The notes under the pieces were generated by a model, which made no database searches, was not told where the DNA came from, and saw only the letters and a list, made by a program, of their open reading frames with translations. The position numbers and the translations under genes are program-made. Below, piece by piece: positions 40,402-53,375 of a stretch of DNA of 64,000 nucleotides (its first letter is position 1; each line of letters opens with the position of its first letter). This DNA comes from Octopus vulgaris (taxonomy: Eukaryota), in NCBI GenBank assembly GCA_951406725.2, contig OX597820.1, positions 58,032,001-58,096,000 of the forward strand, in the 5' to 3' direction.

Positions 40402-40530
40402 GACGGGCTCCTTTTAGTTTCCGTCTACAAAATCCACTCTCAAGTCTTTAGTAGAATATAGTTGTCGAACGTGCCACGTAGTGGAATTGAACCCGGAACC
40501 ATGCTGGGAAGTAAGTTTCTTACCACACAA
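39843..40530 (-). mobile_element. SINE family A interrupted in its internal microsatellite by a ~330-bp AT-rich insert (40006-40340)
   Basis: SINE body at 39843-39930 and head at 40400-40530 flank (TA)n-insert-(TA)n. Confidence 0.8.
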
Positions 40531-40619
40531 CCATATATATTTATCGATGTTTGCTCAGAGTTTCTCACTATGTGATGCATCAAGCAAAGTGACTAGTAGC
40601 CGTTTATGCTTCCTCATTT

Positions 40620-41018
40620 ACGTCGGTGCTTCTGATGGTTGGTTGGTTGGTTGGCCACACTGATTTTTGCGTGAAAAAATTGGCAACAGAGATCCCATGT
40701 AATGGTCAGTGGAGGCCTTAGTTGGAGTTGGTGGGTTTTTCTTCAGAGCCGCGTATTTCTACATATCTTTGATGGTTTTCGTTTTTCAAAATGTTCAGCG
40801 CCAATGTTGATGAAGTGACATCATGCTATTCTGTCTTCTGCGTATCTGCTCCCAGCAGTTAGGATGGGGATTAATGCTCTTCATCGTCTATTTCTGGTAG
40901 TTTTTGTAACGTCACATGGGGTAGCTCCGTGATCTCTTTGCCGGTGCTGAGTTCACTGTAGGTGATTTGACGTGGCTGTAAGCCGTATATCTTCGCTAAA
41001 CATATTCCAAAATGACAT
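40620..41018 (-). mobile_element. RTE-like LINE ORF C-terminal remnant
   Basis: Minus-strand RQITYSELSTGK..RYK..WEQ resembles RTE LYGEL..G.R..G.P..RYKD. Confidence 0.65.
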
Positions 41019-41021
41019 CAT

Positions 41022-41493
<472 letters not shown>

Positions 41494-42128
41494 AAAATAG
41501 CTCTGATAATATACCAGTGGCTTGACAACATGGATGTCAGTGTATGTGCAAGTGTGTATGTGTTTGTGCGTGTATACCTTATATACGTGTGTATTATACA
41601 TATGTGTTTGTATATGCGTAAGTTTAGAGAGATGTGACAGAAAAAGAGAATGAAACAGAGAGAAGCTGGGAGCGGTGAGAACAGTGAAAGACAGAGAGCT
41701 CTTTTTGAGAACCAGGTTTCCATTATCTCGTCTATAACTACCTGAAGAGAAGGCCAATGCATTTCCTAAATAATTAAGTCTTTGTAATTTATGTTCAGAG
41801 AAACAGAAGCCATTAAAATGGTATTAGAAGAGACAGAGAGGGAAAATGGCACGTGTACAGATAGTGACTATAGTGTGTATGCAAATGGTTGCCTACCAGT
41901 TAGCCGAGTCGTTAGTTCTAAATGTGGTCTGGACTGTATATGCGCGTTTCAGCAACGCTATTGCAAATATATTTCATTTTATATCACGATTTGTGAACGG
42001 AAGCCGCATTGGTTACACGTTTCAACGTGCCTGACACTGATTCACTGCATTTCTGACAATGGCAAGATACAAGGGAGAGGCTGCCGTTTAGTATGTGAAA
42101 TTATGTTCATCCATAGATCTTGCATGTG

Positions 42129-42181
42129 CACATCTGATGAATGTAAGGGTATCTGTCTTACGCAAAACACTGAGTTATGTG
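42129..42181 (+). ncRNA. Type-I hammerhead-like motif with G12->A substitution
   Basis: CACAT-CTGATGA-ATGTAAG-loop-CTTACGC-AAAAC-ACTGA-GTT-ATGTG; perfect 5-bp stem I. Confidence 0.6.
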
Positions 42182-42405
42182 AAATTGTTCGTTTGTATGG
42201 TTTCATTATTTGAATAACTATTTCATCATCATACTCAAGAGCAACAGCGGCAGCAGCTACACAAAAGCAACAGCCTCAACATCAGCAGACTTGATATACA
42301 TAAGTATTACATACATACATAAATACATACATAAATGCATACATATATACATACATACATACATACATACATACATACATACATAAATACATACATACAT
42401 ACATA

Positions 42406-43496
42406 TGTCTGATAACCTGGAATGCATGCCCAAATAAGTCGCATGACACTACCACGACGTATCATCAGATGAAAGGATGAGCTTGTATGGGCAGAAGACA
42501 ATGCATGGATATGTTAGTAGAAAGCTCCGTGGTGATAGTAATATCGATCATCAAAGCAGTTTATCATGGACGAATAGCCGGATTATTACCTCTCACTTTG
42601 AAGGGTATGCGTTTGCAATACAGGAAAAAAAAATATCAACCAGGTGCATGATGTACAAAAGGGATAGAGATGCAGGAAAAGCCGTAAAATGTAACAACTG
42701 ATGCATACTTTGTGGAGTTCACACGGAAGATATCACCCACATCATAAGCAGTTTTCCGAAAATGTCATCACAGTATTATCTACCGGTGGGATGTGATGTT
42801 GTAGCTAGGACACTCTATAATGAAATCCATCGGAAAGATAATCCTTAGGACAAAGAAATAAGAACTCACAATATAGTAGAAGCCATAGCCACTCATAATA
42901 AAAAGAAATACTGATGGATTGTCCCAGTGAAGACCTCAATAAAATGTAAGCACAACAGACCTGATATAATGATTTGGGATAAAGAAGAGAAACGGTGCAC
43001 AGTTGTCGAAATTGATGTAACATAAAACTGAAGATCAATGAAAAAGAGAACACCTATGCTGAACTATTGAGAAACCTGCAGTTACTCTATCCAGATTACA
43101 AGTTCAGGTTTATACCTATAATTATTGGGGCTCTGGGATATGTAACACACTGTCAAAATACCAATCTTAAGAAATTAGGCTTCTGAAAACCAGAAAGGAG
43201 AAAGCTAATTCGAAGGGTACAGATCCAATCCATCACTGGAACTGCAAACATCTGTAAAACTTTCCAGGAGTTTATCATTTAAATATATGTGAGCATGTCT
43301 AGATATGTAACTCTATGCATGAGAATACACACATAAAGCATACAAACCTGCACATATATACCTACATACATACATACACACATACAAAAATGCCCTGTTG
43401 TTGATGTTGAAATTCCAATGAAGAAACCTTGGATCTAGGTTAGAAACCGGTTCTTTCTCTATTGGCAAGAAATCTTGAAATAAACTGAATAATGAC
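42406..43496 (+). mobile_element. 5'-truncated RLE-type (R4/Dong-like) LINE in (CATA)n
   Basis: EGYAFAIQE, C.LCGVHTEDITHIIS zinc-knuckle remnant, HNRPDIMIWD, FIPIIIGALG, then 3' UTR. (CATA)n on both sides. Confidence 0.88.
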
Positions 43497-43554
43497 AAAC
43501 ATACGTACATACACACATACATACATACATACATACATACATACATACATACAA

Positions 43555-43665
43555 CACTACCCCCTTGCTGATGTTGAAATTCCAGTGAAGGAGCCTTGGA
43601 TCTAGGTTAGAAACCGGCTCTTTTTCTGCTGGCAAGAAATCTTGAAATAAAACTGAATAATGACA
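43555..43665 (+). mobile_element. Solo 3' UTR of the same LINE family
   Basis: gatgttgaaattcc..ggatctaggttagaaaccgg..actgaataatgacatacat, as at 43395-43496, 53785-53862 and 55495-55597. Confidence 0.85.
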
Positions 43666-43675
43666 TACATATGTG

Positions 43676-43715
<40 letters not shown>

Positions 43716-44079
43716 GTATTGATAAAAGTCATTTGTTGAAGTAAGCTGGTTTTCATCAGAGGAAGTCACTATTTGACAGTTTAACAGTGCGTTTCCAGTA
43801 GCAACGCTCACATCCGGAGAATCTACCACACGCAGACAGGAAGTATTTCAATGAATCATTTAGCTACCAGGAAGATCGTATTGAAAAACAAACCTGTATT
43901 GGTATGATACATTTGCCGTTCCTCTATAGCTGTGACTAGAAAAGTACGCACTGGGTTAGCGATGTATCTTTGTAAAGTTCGGTAAATGTATTCAGAATGC
44001 AAGTACGGTAATGGAGCAAAATGTGCATACTGTGTATGTGCCCATAAATATCTATGCATATGCGTATAAATATAATAAA

Positions 44080-44167
<88 letters not shown>

Positions 44168-44488
44168 ACACACACATTTCTATGGCTGGCTGGCCGACTG
44201 GCTAGATATTTCTATATGTAAGTATATTAATGTTCTTTTTTTTGTGTGTATCGAGTTATAATAAAGAATAATTTTACATTAAGCTGAAGGATTACTCAAT
44301 ACTGATGGTAGAGTACATACATATAACGTTTTTAGAAGAGTGATGAAAGGGATTTCCAAGTTCACCCTGCTAGCCTCTGTCGGATGGTATGTATGTATGC
44401 ATAATTTATATGTATGATTTTTTTGTACTTTATTATTTACGTACCTTTGTATATATGTATGTAAAGATGTAGGTATGGATAAAAGTAA

Positions 44489-45247
44489 TGTGGAGGGATT
44501 CCGAACTACCCTCAAGTGACTAAAAAGTGGACTGACTCATGCTTATAAAATAAAGAACTGTGTGCACTTGGTAGTTCAAGCAGTTCGCAGTTGGCCATTG
44601 ATATAGATCTTTCAGTCTCGTGTAATAGTAATAGCAGTGCGTCTTGTATTGGGTTGTCCGGAAAGTTCGTGCCGATTTTTAAAGGAAAGAAAAAGGTCAA
44701 TAAATACTTGCCATTACATTTTTAATCAAGCAAATATGAACCATTTTGTTGCACAATGCGTCTCCAGCTTTCCTTTAACTCGAAAATACCCTCTTCTCAG
44801 AATTGAGGTGGTTTCATGGCAAACAATTCATCAAGGTATCTTTTTACGTCATCCAAGGAATTGAAATTCTTACCATTAAGACTATTCTGCAGAGACCTGA
44901 ATAAGTGGAAATCCCGAAGGAGCAATATCTGGTGAATATGGAGGGTGGGGTAACACATCCCAGCCTAGCTGCAGCAATTTTTGTCTGGTTCCCAAAGCAT
45001 CAAGTGCCGAAAATGAACTTTCTTATCTTCCATTTTAAAGGGTTACAGAATCAACATAAACCTTCTTCCACGAAAAGATAGCTTAAACTGTGTTCTAAAT
45101 GGAGGAGTAGTCAAATCCTACTTTATGGACTCAACCATGTTCTAAAGTAAGTCGAAAGGTAAGCTACTATAAATCGGCACGAACTTTCCGGACAACTCAA
45201 TATATACTTTCTTCTCCACTACTTCGTTATATTATATATCCAATACA
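44489..45247. mobile_element. Probable solo LTR (copy of 9359-9565) interrupted by a mariner element
   Basis: 44489-44648 and 45203-45247 align with the 9359-9565 element; TGT..ACA ends. Confidence 0.7.
44649..45200 (-). mobile_element. Internally deleted mariner (552 bp) with ~30-bp TIRs and TA TSD
   Basis: TIRs ttgggttgtccggaaagttcgtgccgattt / aaatcggcacgaactttccggacaactcaa. Minus-strand WDVLPHPPYSPDIAP..FHLFRSLQN..WRRIVQQNGSY. Confidence 0.95.
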
Positions 45248-45295
45248 AGCTTACGTCATATGTAAACAAACAAGTTTGTTTTTGAACTGTTGAAA

Positions 45296-45489
45296 TGTAT
45301 TGTAGAACAAGGACAAAGATTTTTTTTCAACATCTAAATACTGAACAGTATATAGAAAGGATAAAATCCTTTTAAGAGAAGAAAATTTACCGGCAAAGTT
45401 TTCTGCTCTTAAAAGGTTTTTATCCTTTGTAATATACTTTTCACTATTTACGTGCTAAAAAAATGTTATCCTTCTACTTATCCAATACA
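45296..45489. repeat. ~195-bp imperfect palindrome (foldback MITE-like)
   Basis: Centred on ccgg at 45390-45393; aaaggataaaatccttttaagagaagaaaattt pairs with aaagttttctgctcttaaaaggttttatccttt. Confidence 0.8.
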
Positions 45490-45490
45490 A

Positions 45491-45553
<63 letters not shown>

Positions 45554-45643
45554 GTATGTTTTCTCTTTAAAATTTATCGAAATACTTCGTGGAAATCTGA
45601 TTGGCCGCTAATAATAAAGTAACAATATTACTTTGCCTAAGTT

Positions 45644-45862
45644 AAGGCGGGGAGCTGGCAGAATCGTTAGCACGCTGGGTAAAATGCGTAACGACATTTC
45701 GTCTGTCTTTACGTCCTAAGCTCAAATTCCGTCGAGGTCGACTTTACCCTTCATCCTTTCGAGGACGATAAATTAGGTACCAGTAAAGTACTGAAGGTCG
45801 ATGTGATCGACTATCCCCCTCCTACAAATTCCAGGCCTTGTACCTACAGCGGAAAGGATTAT
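45644..45862 (+). mobile_element. SINE family B (alternative tail)
   Basis: Head and core as at 26645; tail ..ccaggccttgtacctac..aaaggattatt. Confidence 0.88.
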
Positions 45863-47857
45863 TTTGTTTGAGTGATAGTATTTCCATAAGACTGCAAATA
45901 TATGCATGCAACAAAATCTGCATATATGTTGGTGTAGGTGTGGATATACTTTCTATCATTTAACAGGTAGAACATTTCTTTTCAGTACACGTCTGTGTGA
46001 TATATTTTTATGTGCGTGTATGAGTTTTTACTGCATATATGTGATTGATTGTATGTGTTTCTTCAAGGAATCTCTATGGAATTTTTATGAATCTATACAT
46101 GCCGTTTTACGATTGCATTTGGAACCTGCAAGTCAATTTGATTGGTTCTTTCTCGGAAAATTCCAGAATTCTCAGGTCTTTAAACAAATGCGTTGTAACA
46201 ACAGATTTATATAGTCCAGTGCACCTTTGATAATAGATACAAATGACCATCTGTAACCTCGGCGCAAAAGCTGAAAGTAACCAGTGATGTCTTCTTTTTT
46301 CCAAAACTTTAAACGAAAAATTCACCTCATAAGTTGTTGACAGTGCAAAATTCCTGTAACCTGTCTCATAGAATAACAGACCTGTTGCATTTTCATCAGA
46401 TTTCAGTTATTACTGGAACATTCTAGAAGCATTCTTTGTTTCTAATGGAGCAGATATATTCATGTTGTGATGTGCTTTTACTAAAAGCATCAGGACATGT
46501 GATATAGTTGCAACATTCATCGTAAGCATAGGAGATAGAGGAGGTATACAGATAATTAGTATCAATTAATAGCATTTGTCAAATATTTGCTTGATATGAG
46601 CATTTTTGTTGTACCTGAAGATGCTTACCACAATGTTGCAGATACAAAAAAACACTAAAGAAAGAAAATAAAGAAGAAAGAAATGAAAAATGGAGATATA
46701 TGAACAATTTGAGAAGCATGGTAAGAAGAGGCGAGAAATCAAACTTAAATGACAACATTGAAGCCACGGAAAATAACAGCAGCAACTCATATTTTGTTAC
46801 TATTCTAAACAAAAAAGTGTATTGGACCTATGAACTCAAGGAAAAAGAAAAAGCGTGGACGTCTGTCGCAAAATAAAAAACGTGCTCGTTCTTCGTATTT
46901 TTGCTTCCAAAGTCAGATAAAATTTCCAGAAGTGAGTGAGTGAGTGGAGTTGAAGGAAACTCTGGTAAACATGTGTCTCTTCATGATTCAGCAGAGCTTA
47001 CGGATTCTCACGAACATATTCGGAAGTTCCATCTTACGGGATCGATCCTTGTGCCCTTTATACAATTTTATAATGGTCTTTTTATGTTTATTTCTAACCC
47101 ACTATAAGAAAGTTGGTTGTTCTTTGTTCAAGTAATTATGAAATGTCTGCCGACAAGTGTATTACATTTACATATCACTTTCTTTAATAATCGATAAATA
47201 ACGAATAATTATAACTTTAATACCAGTAAAATCTTAACACATATAAAGAATGACCATGTATGTATATGTTATTCAGAAGGTAAGGAGAAGAAGATCTATC
47301 GCATTAAGCACCATCTAGATCACAAAACTGGAGTTTTAATATCGAGAAGACTTTTAATTAGCTTTCTTCCTTTCAAAGATGGCCAGAGAGCAAACGATCC
47401 TTTGAAGTCCAAACGATCACATTTTTGTAACATTTATAGATCACAACTTCTTTCCGATATTGTAAAGAATAAAGTATTTTCTTGTACTGCGAAAAACAGT
47501 AAAGACTTCTGTTTGATCTTCCATATTTTCTTCCATAAAAAATACATTTCCAGTTCAGATAATACACAAACTACGGTTATAGATACATAGACGTTTCCAT
47601 CTACTGTAAAAATGCAAGAAAATGATTTTAACAAACGATGTCAGCACTTTGACTCCAACTTGTCCAATATCTTTTCGCTATTTGTAACTTCTTCAAAGTA
47701 ACCTGAAAATTTTCATCGTATCTTTTAAATGGTTTTCGAAAAGTCTGTTTTCTAACTTTCACGTTATTTTCTCAAACAACACCGTTTTTTAAAACCCTTG
47801 TTCATCCTTTCATCTATCAACACAAACTGCTAACATCAACTATACGTATATGAGCTT

Positions 47858-47917
<60 letters not shown>

Positions 47918-48664
47918 GTGAAAAAGTTGGAGTCAACGAGACAACCGTACTCCTTTTGTTATCTATTCACACACTACAGAAGCCCAAACTCAAACCTGGG
48001 AGTACGTTTAATACTACCACTGGATAGAGCAAGGTGAAATCTGAAGGTAGACGAGCTTTATACTGTACTCTACTACGTTCTTAACAAACTATATCATAAC
48101 TATATATATTAGCAATAGAAGCGGTGCTAATTAATATCAAAAGATAATACTTATTACTATTTACAAGTGAATTGTTGTGTTACAACACAAAATGCTGCAA
48201 TGGTTGCCATGAGAGAAACTCTCACATTGGCTTTGGATGCATATAAGCACTCTTGTTTATATCGCTAATTGGGAGATATATCATGACATGCCCCTCCTCA
48301 CCAACTCCTTCTTTGGCAACATTGCGAACCTACCCACATGCTCACCCTAATCTTTAGTTCCACATCACTTATATACATTTTCCAGTAATTCTAGTGTATA
48401 CCCTGTCATGTTACCATTTTATCTCTTTCCTCTCTCTTCCACTCTGTCTGTCACACCCCCTCTCTCTCTCTGTCTTTATGTATCTAACTGGAGTTACCGT
48501 ATGTCCCCTCCACTAGAAGACACTTATTTCTGTCTTCTTTCATACTCTAACCTCTCACCACCACGCAGAAAGCCACATCCCTTAACACTACACCCCAACA
48601 CTCAATTGAGGACGTGTATTTACAAGTTATTTGATCACCTCACAGACTCTAATGCCACATAAAA

Positions 48665-48788
48665 TGCACCCAGCCGTAGAAACCGTTCCGAAGCAACCAG
48701 TAGAGCCTAGTCCTCTAGCTTGCCAGCTCCTGTCGAACAGTTCAACTCATGCCAGCATGGAAAACGGACGTTAAATGGTGATGATGAT
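48665..48788 (+). mobile_element. RTE-type tail fragment
   Basis: catgccagcatggaaaacggacgttaaatggtgatgatgat. Confidence 0.8.
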
Positions 48789-48815
48789 AAACAATGATAG
48801 ATGTGAGCGTGTGTA

Positions 48816-48862
<47 letters not shown>

Positions 48863-49025
48863 GTATATACATTTTCAGTAAAAACAATTAAGAATCAAGT
48901 GAATTCCAATGAATTCACATGAATGCGGTACTTAACTTAGATGCACCAGAAATCTATATGGTATTAACCATAAAATAATGTGGGGTGATTATAAACAAGA
49001 AAAAAGCAACAAGAATGGATTAGTT

Positions 49026-49119
49026 GTTCAGTACAATTGTTTCATACGAAGAACAGCTTTATTAAAAGCTGCAAATATTGCAGCAAATACAAGTGTCCCG
49101 TATTCATCAGCCAAAACAC
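49026..49119 (-). ncRNA. Type-I hammerhead ribozyme (mirror copy)
   Basis: Reverse complement of the 49497-49590 motif. Confidence 0.78.
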
Positions 49120-49496
49120 ATATGAGTTTTCCAAACATCCTAGTGGGTGAGGCTACACTCATGTAGTATCGAAGAGAGTTCTATAAAAAGCAAAGTTAGA
49201 TAGTAAGCAGACTTCAAAAGTTCTCTAATGATGCACAGTTTTATAAAAGGTTTTTAAAAAAGTTTGTTAGCTTCACAGAAAAGGTAAATCCATCCGTAAT
49301 AAAGCAGGTGTAATTTCCGGAGATATGAGGAGATATTTCATACTCAGAGACGATGAATTTATCCATAATAATGTAGATGTAATTTCCTGATATATATATT
49401 GAAGTCTGCTTACAATCTGACTTTGCTTTTTATAGAACTCTCTTCGATACTTCATGAGTGTAGCCTCACCCCCTAGGATGTTTGGAAAACTCATAT

Positions 49497-49590
49497 GTGT
49501 TTTGGCTGATGAATACGGGACACTTGTATTTGCTGCAATATTTGCAGCTTTTAATAAAGCTGTTCTTCGTATGAAACAATTGTACTGAAC
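49497..49590 (+). ncRNA. Type-I hammerhead ribozyme with long structured loop 2
   Basis: TTGG-CTGATGA(49506-12)-ATACG-50-nt loop-CGTAT-GAAAC(49573-77)-AATT-GTA-CTGAA; palindromic stem III ACAATTGT; predicted cut after 49584. Confidence 0.78.
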
Positions 49591-49618
49591 AACTAATCCA
49601 TTCTTGTTGCTTTTTTCT

Positions 49619-49654
<36 letters not shown>

Positions 49655-49668
49655 ACTTATATATATAT

Positions 49669-49723
<55 letters not shown>

Positions 49724-50434
49724 GCACACACATCTTACAATTGACTCCAACAACACTGTTTCACTGTTTCTAACAAATTAGTCTAAAGAACTACATATGA
49801 AATTAACATATTTTGCATCATAATACTCAGAATAAAAAAGAAGATAAAGTCAAGAGTGGGGATGAAGAACAGAGAACATAACAGAGTAACCATAGTAAAT
49901 GGAGAAATACGACTGACAGGGCCATATATTTTATAAATTTTTATATAAAGATATTTTTTAAAGAATTATTGTGTGATGCTCTAGAATTATCAATTTTATC
50001 ATTTCTAGTCATCAAAGAATTTATGGTTTTTGTATTCTTACAGATACAAAGCATGCAAACTTATTAATTAGGGGTTGTGGAAGCTGGAAATTTGCTCTCA
50101 TAAAATATCTTGTTTATTAAAATGAAAATATTCACAGGTCGAAAAATACCAAAAATACAAATTTCTCTGATGAAGAATGACTAATCTTAATCCAGGTCCA
50201 GCATCATGAAATCTTGAAATTCTCCTATAACTTCACATATGAATCTATTTCGAAAATCGGAATATGAATGATGTAGAAAATTGTAAATAGAAAATCTAGC
50301 GTAACCAGGGCCCAGAAAATTAAATAAATTAAATATTCTAAACTCGTTGGTATCAACAAACTCTCTTAGATTTTAGAACTAACTTCTTCCTCAAAGGCGC
50401 CCTATAGCCAAATCAGTGAATCACGATACATATA

Positions 50435-50665
50435 TTTCTTTACTACCCTCAAGGGGCTAAACACAAAGGGACAAACAAGGACAAACAAACGGATTAAGTC
50501 GATAATATCGACCCCAGTGCGTAACTGGTACTTAATTTATCGACCCCGAAAGGATGAAAAGCAAAGTCGACCTCGGTGGAATTTGAACTCAGAACGTAAC
50601 GGCAGACGAAATACGGCTACGCATTTCGCCCGGCGTGCTAGCGTTTCTGCCAGCTCGCCGCCTTT
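50435..50665 (-). mobile_element. Full-length SINE family B with TSD
   Basis: Reverse complement of the 26645 copy; aatcacgata(c/g)atat repeated on both sides. Confidence 0.92.
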
Positions 50666-51544
50666 AAATCACGATAGATATCGGGTTAATAAAATTTGAA
50701 ATTGTAAAATTTTGCGTTTCAAAATTCGTTGGGTTACGAAAATTAATCCTTTGCATAAACTAAAGAAAGTTTTAAAATGATCAAATCTAACAGATGCATT
50801 AAATAGGTGACGAGTAATTTCTAGAGGGAAGAAGCATAAAACTGGACATTTTGACAGCAGCATTCATAATGTTTATAGATACGTACTAAAAAGGCAAGGT
50901 CCTAGATATCAATTATGTTTACATGTGAATTTTTTCCGGTTTGATGTGATTAAAATAATCTATTCCAGAATGCCCTGAGCCATAACGACGGATGTTTTGA
51001 GACATTTTAAAATTTCAAACAGTGGTTTATATGAAGATTGAAAAGTTCGCAGTGTGAAATATTTTGATAATTATCAATTCTGATTGGTGAGCCAAAAGAG
51101 GTTAGTTCCGACATATCCCAGGGCCGTGAAAATTAGAATTTCTCTAAAATTCTGAGATATCTTGTGTTGAAAATTTATAAAATTTACATACTTCCGCTGT
51201 ATTGAAAGTTGAGAATATTTACACATCAAAGAACTTGATAATTATAATTTCTAGTAGAAGTTCTATGGTCAAAATTATCGATTCTGATATATTTGATGTC
51301 AGGAAAATTAGAAATTCCGAAAACTTCTGACGAATTTGCTGTAACGAAATATTTTCAACTCCGACACATCCGGAGCCAACAATACGACAAAACTGTCACA
51401 TATCATATCAAAGATGAAAATTAATCTTTTTAACATATGCACAGAAACTGCAATCAATTTATGCTTATGCAGCTACTAAAATCCTATCAAATAGTTATCA
51501 TGAATATTTACAAATTATCGTGAGTATAGTGTTGTCAGAGAAGT

Positions 51545-51870
51545 ATAGCCGAATGTTCGTTTCACAACCACAAAGGCCATGGTTTAATCCCACTGCTTAA
51601 TATCTAGGGTAAATGTCAGTTTTTTTATAGCCTCGGATTGATTCCTTTTCTATGAGTGAAATTTGGTTGACGGAAACTGCAGAGAAACTCGTCTGTAATT
51701 CGAACTTACAGCTTTGCCGCATACTGTGTCGCGCTGACCCTGCATGAGAATATATCTAAGGGTGCACGTGTGCAACGAATGTTCAGTGAGTTGCATTTTA
51801 ATCCAGGAGCAAGTAAATTCAGTTGATCGAATTACTGAATCCACATCGTCAATTGACGGAGGTCCACTTC
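51545..51870 (+). mobile_element. Old SINE family A-related copy with a different tail
   Basis: ggtttaatcccactgc..tatagcctcgg..gtgaaatttggttgacggaaactg. Confidence 0.6.
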
Positions 51871-53375
51871 TACCAGTATTGAAAAAGACTGAAAAATGTT
51901 GATTCGTCACGATTATCCATATCAAAAGATGAGAAATTTATTAAAATGATTGACTGTGACTGAACTCAAACCATGTAAACCAAAAAGAAAAATATATATA
52001 TATACGTTCATGAGAATTAAATATTCTATCAAGATCTGATTAATAGGCATTGAAAATTTTGGAATATTATGAGATTCGAAATTGCCCAATTCTAACAAGG
52101 CACAAAAAATATGATTTATTGAAATGCACTTGAAAAGAAATAAGCGAAATGAATTACTAGATAATTCTAGTAATAAAAATTTAGAATTTTACACAGATGT
52201 GGAGTTCCTAAAACTTCCACATTTCTTTGTATGAAAGAGCATTAGAATTATCAATTATCTCATGTGTAAACTGATGAATTTCGGGATTAATTCTTAGTCA
52301 TACTCATGGAAACATGAAAATTATATATCACCGCCGTATCATTAATTTACACATTACAATATGTCTATATCCATATAAAGAAGAACGATAAAATTATAGT
52401 TTCTAATAGACGGTAAATAATGAAATTCATCAATTTTGACAGACCGGTTTCGTGAGAAGTGTCGTTTCTTGCACATATGACCTTCTGGAAGATTTTGAAA
52501 TTTCGAAATGTGAGATGAGATGTGATGAATATTAGCGATTTTGTAATTATGAGAACCTATATATCAAGATACGTCCAAGTCATTAAAGTTAATAAAAAAC
52601 AAGGGGCAGATACAAATAATTCTGAAAGTCATGATCTTCTCCCCTCGCTCTCACGTTCTTCCCCTCTTTCTATTTTTCTCTCACTGTCTGTGTACACAGA
52701 CATTTAAACACACATACATACATTCACATACATGCAGAAATTGTATTGGCATCGGAGAAATTTACGAAGGTTGGAGCACTTGCTCAAAAGAAATGAATTG
52801 TGAGAACTAAATCTTATAAACCCCGCAGTGAAATCTTCCTTGCCAATGGTTATTATCCTAAACTGAGTTACCTCCTTTACACTGATTTGTCCAGCTATGT
52901 CCCCATTGTTCACTCATTGAAGAAGTCTTTCGCAGACACAATACTTTATGCCCTTCATTTACGAAATCTTAAACGTATGAGTATTTCTTCTGGATATGAA
53001 AGTTTAAGAGAAACTAAACATATATTCAGACGCTGATTATATTTATTTGCTTGGCAGAAACTACACAGGCAGTTTAGACTACTACCTAAAGCGATGACTG
53101 CAACTGAATAAGCTCACGTACATATATTTAGTTAGCGTACATTTAGACTCGATGTGTGAACAGACACTATATGAATTAATAAGAACGAAGTGGAAACATG
53201 CTGCCTGTGTATTTTACTTTACTTATTAATGCACACTGTCAGTGAATGTATTGACATATGAATAAGTAATATGGTGACTGTTATTCGTTTCAGTATTGGT
53301 AAAAATAAAAGCAAAATACTTGATCTTCCCCCACTCTCTTCTTCTACCCCCCTCTCTCTCTTCATTTCATGATTA

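Larger units (their letters stand above)
48870..49621. mobile_element. Penelope-like element remnant with inverted 223-bp terminal repeats (48995-49217 / 49399-49621)
   Basis: Arms differ at about four positions by my reading; each carries a hammerhead; (TA)n on both flanks. Confidence 0.8.

Noticed and set aside
41791-42213. 140-aa Cys-rich ORF
   Set aside because: No recognisable domain spacing or splice context; overlaps a hammerhead-like relic suggesting repeat origin.
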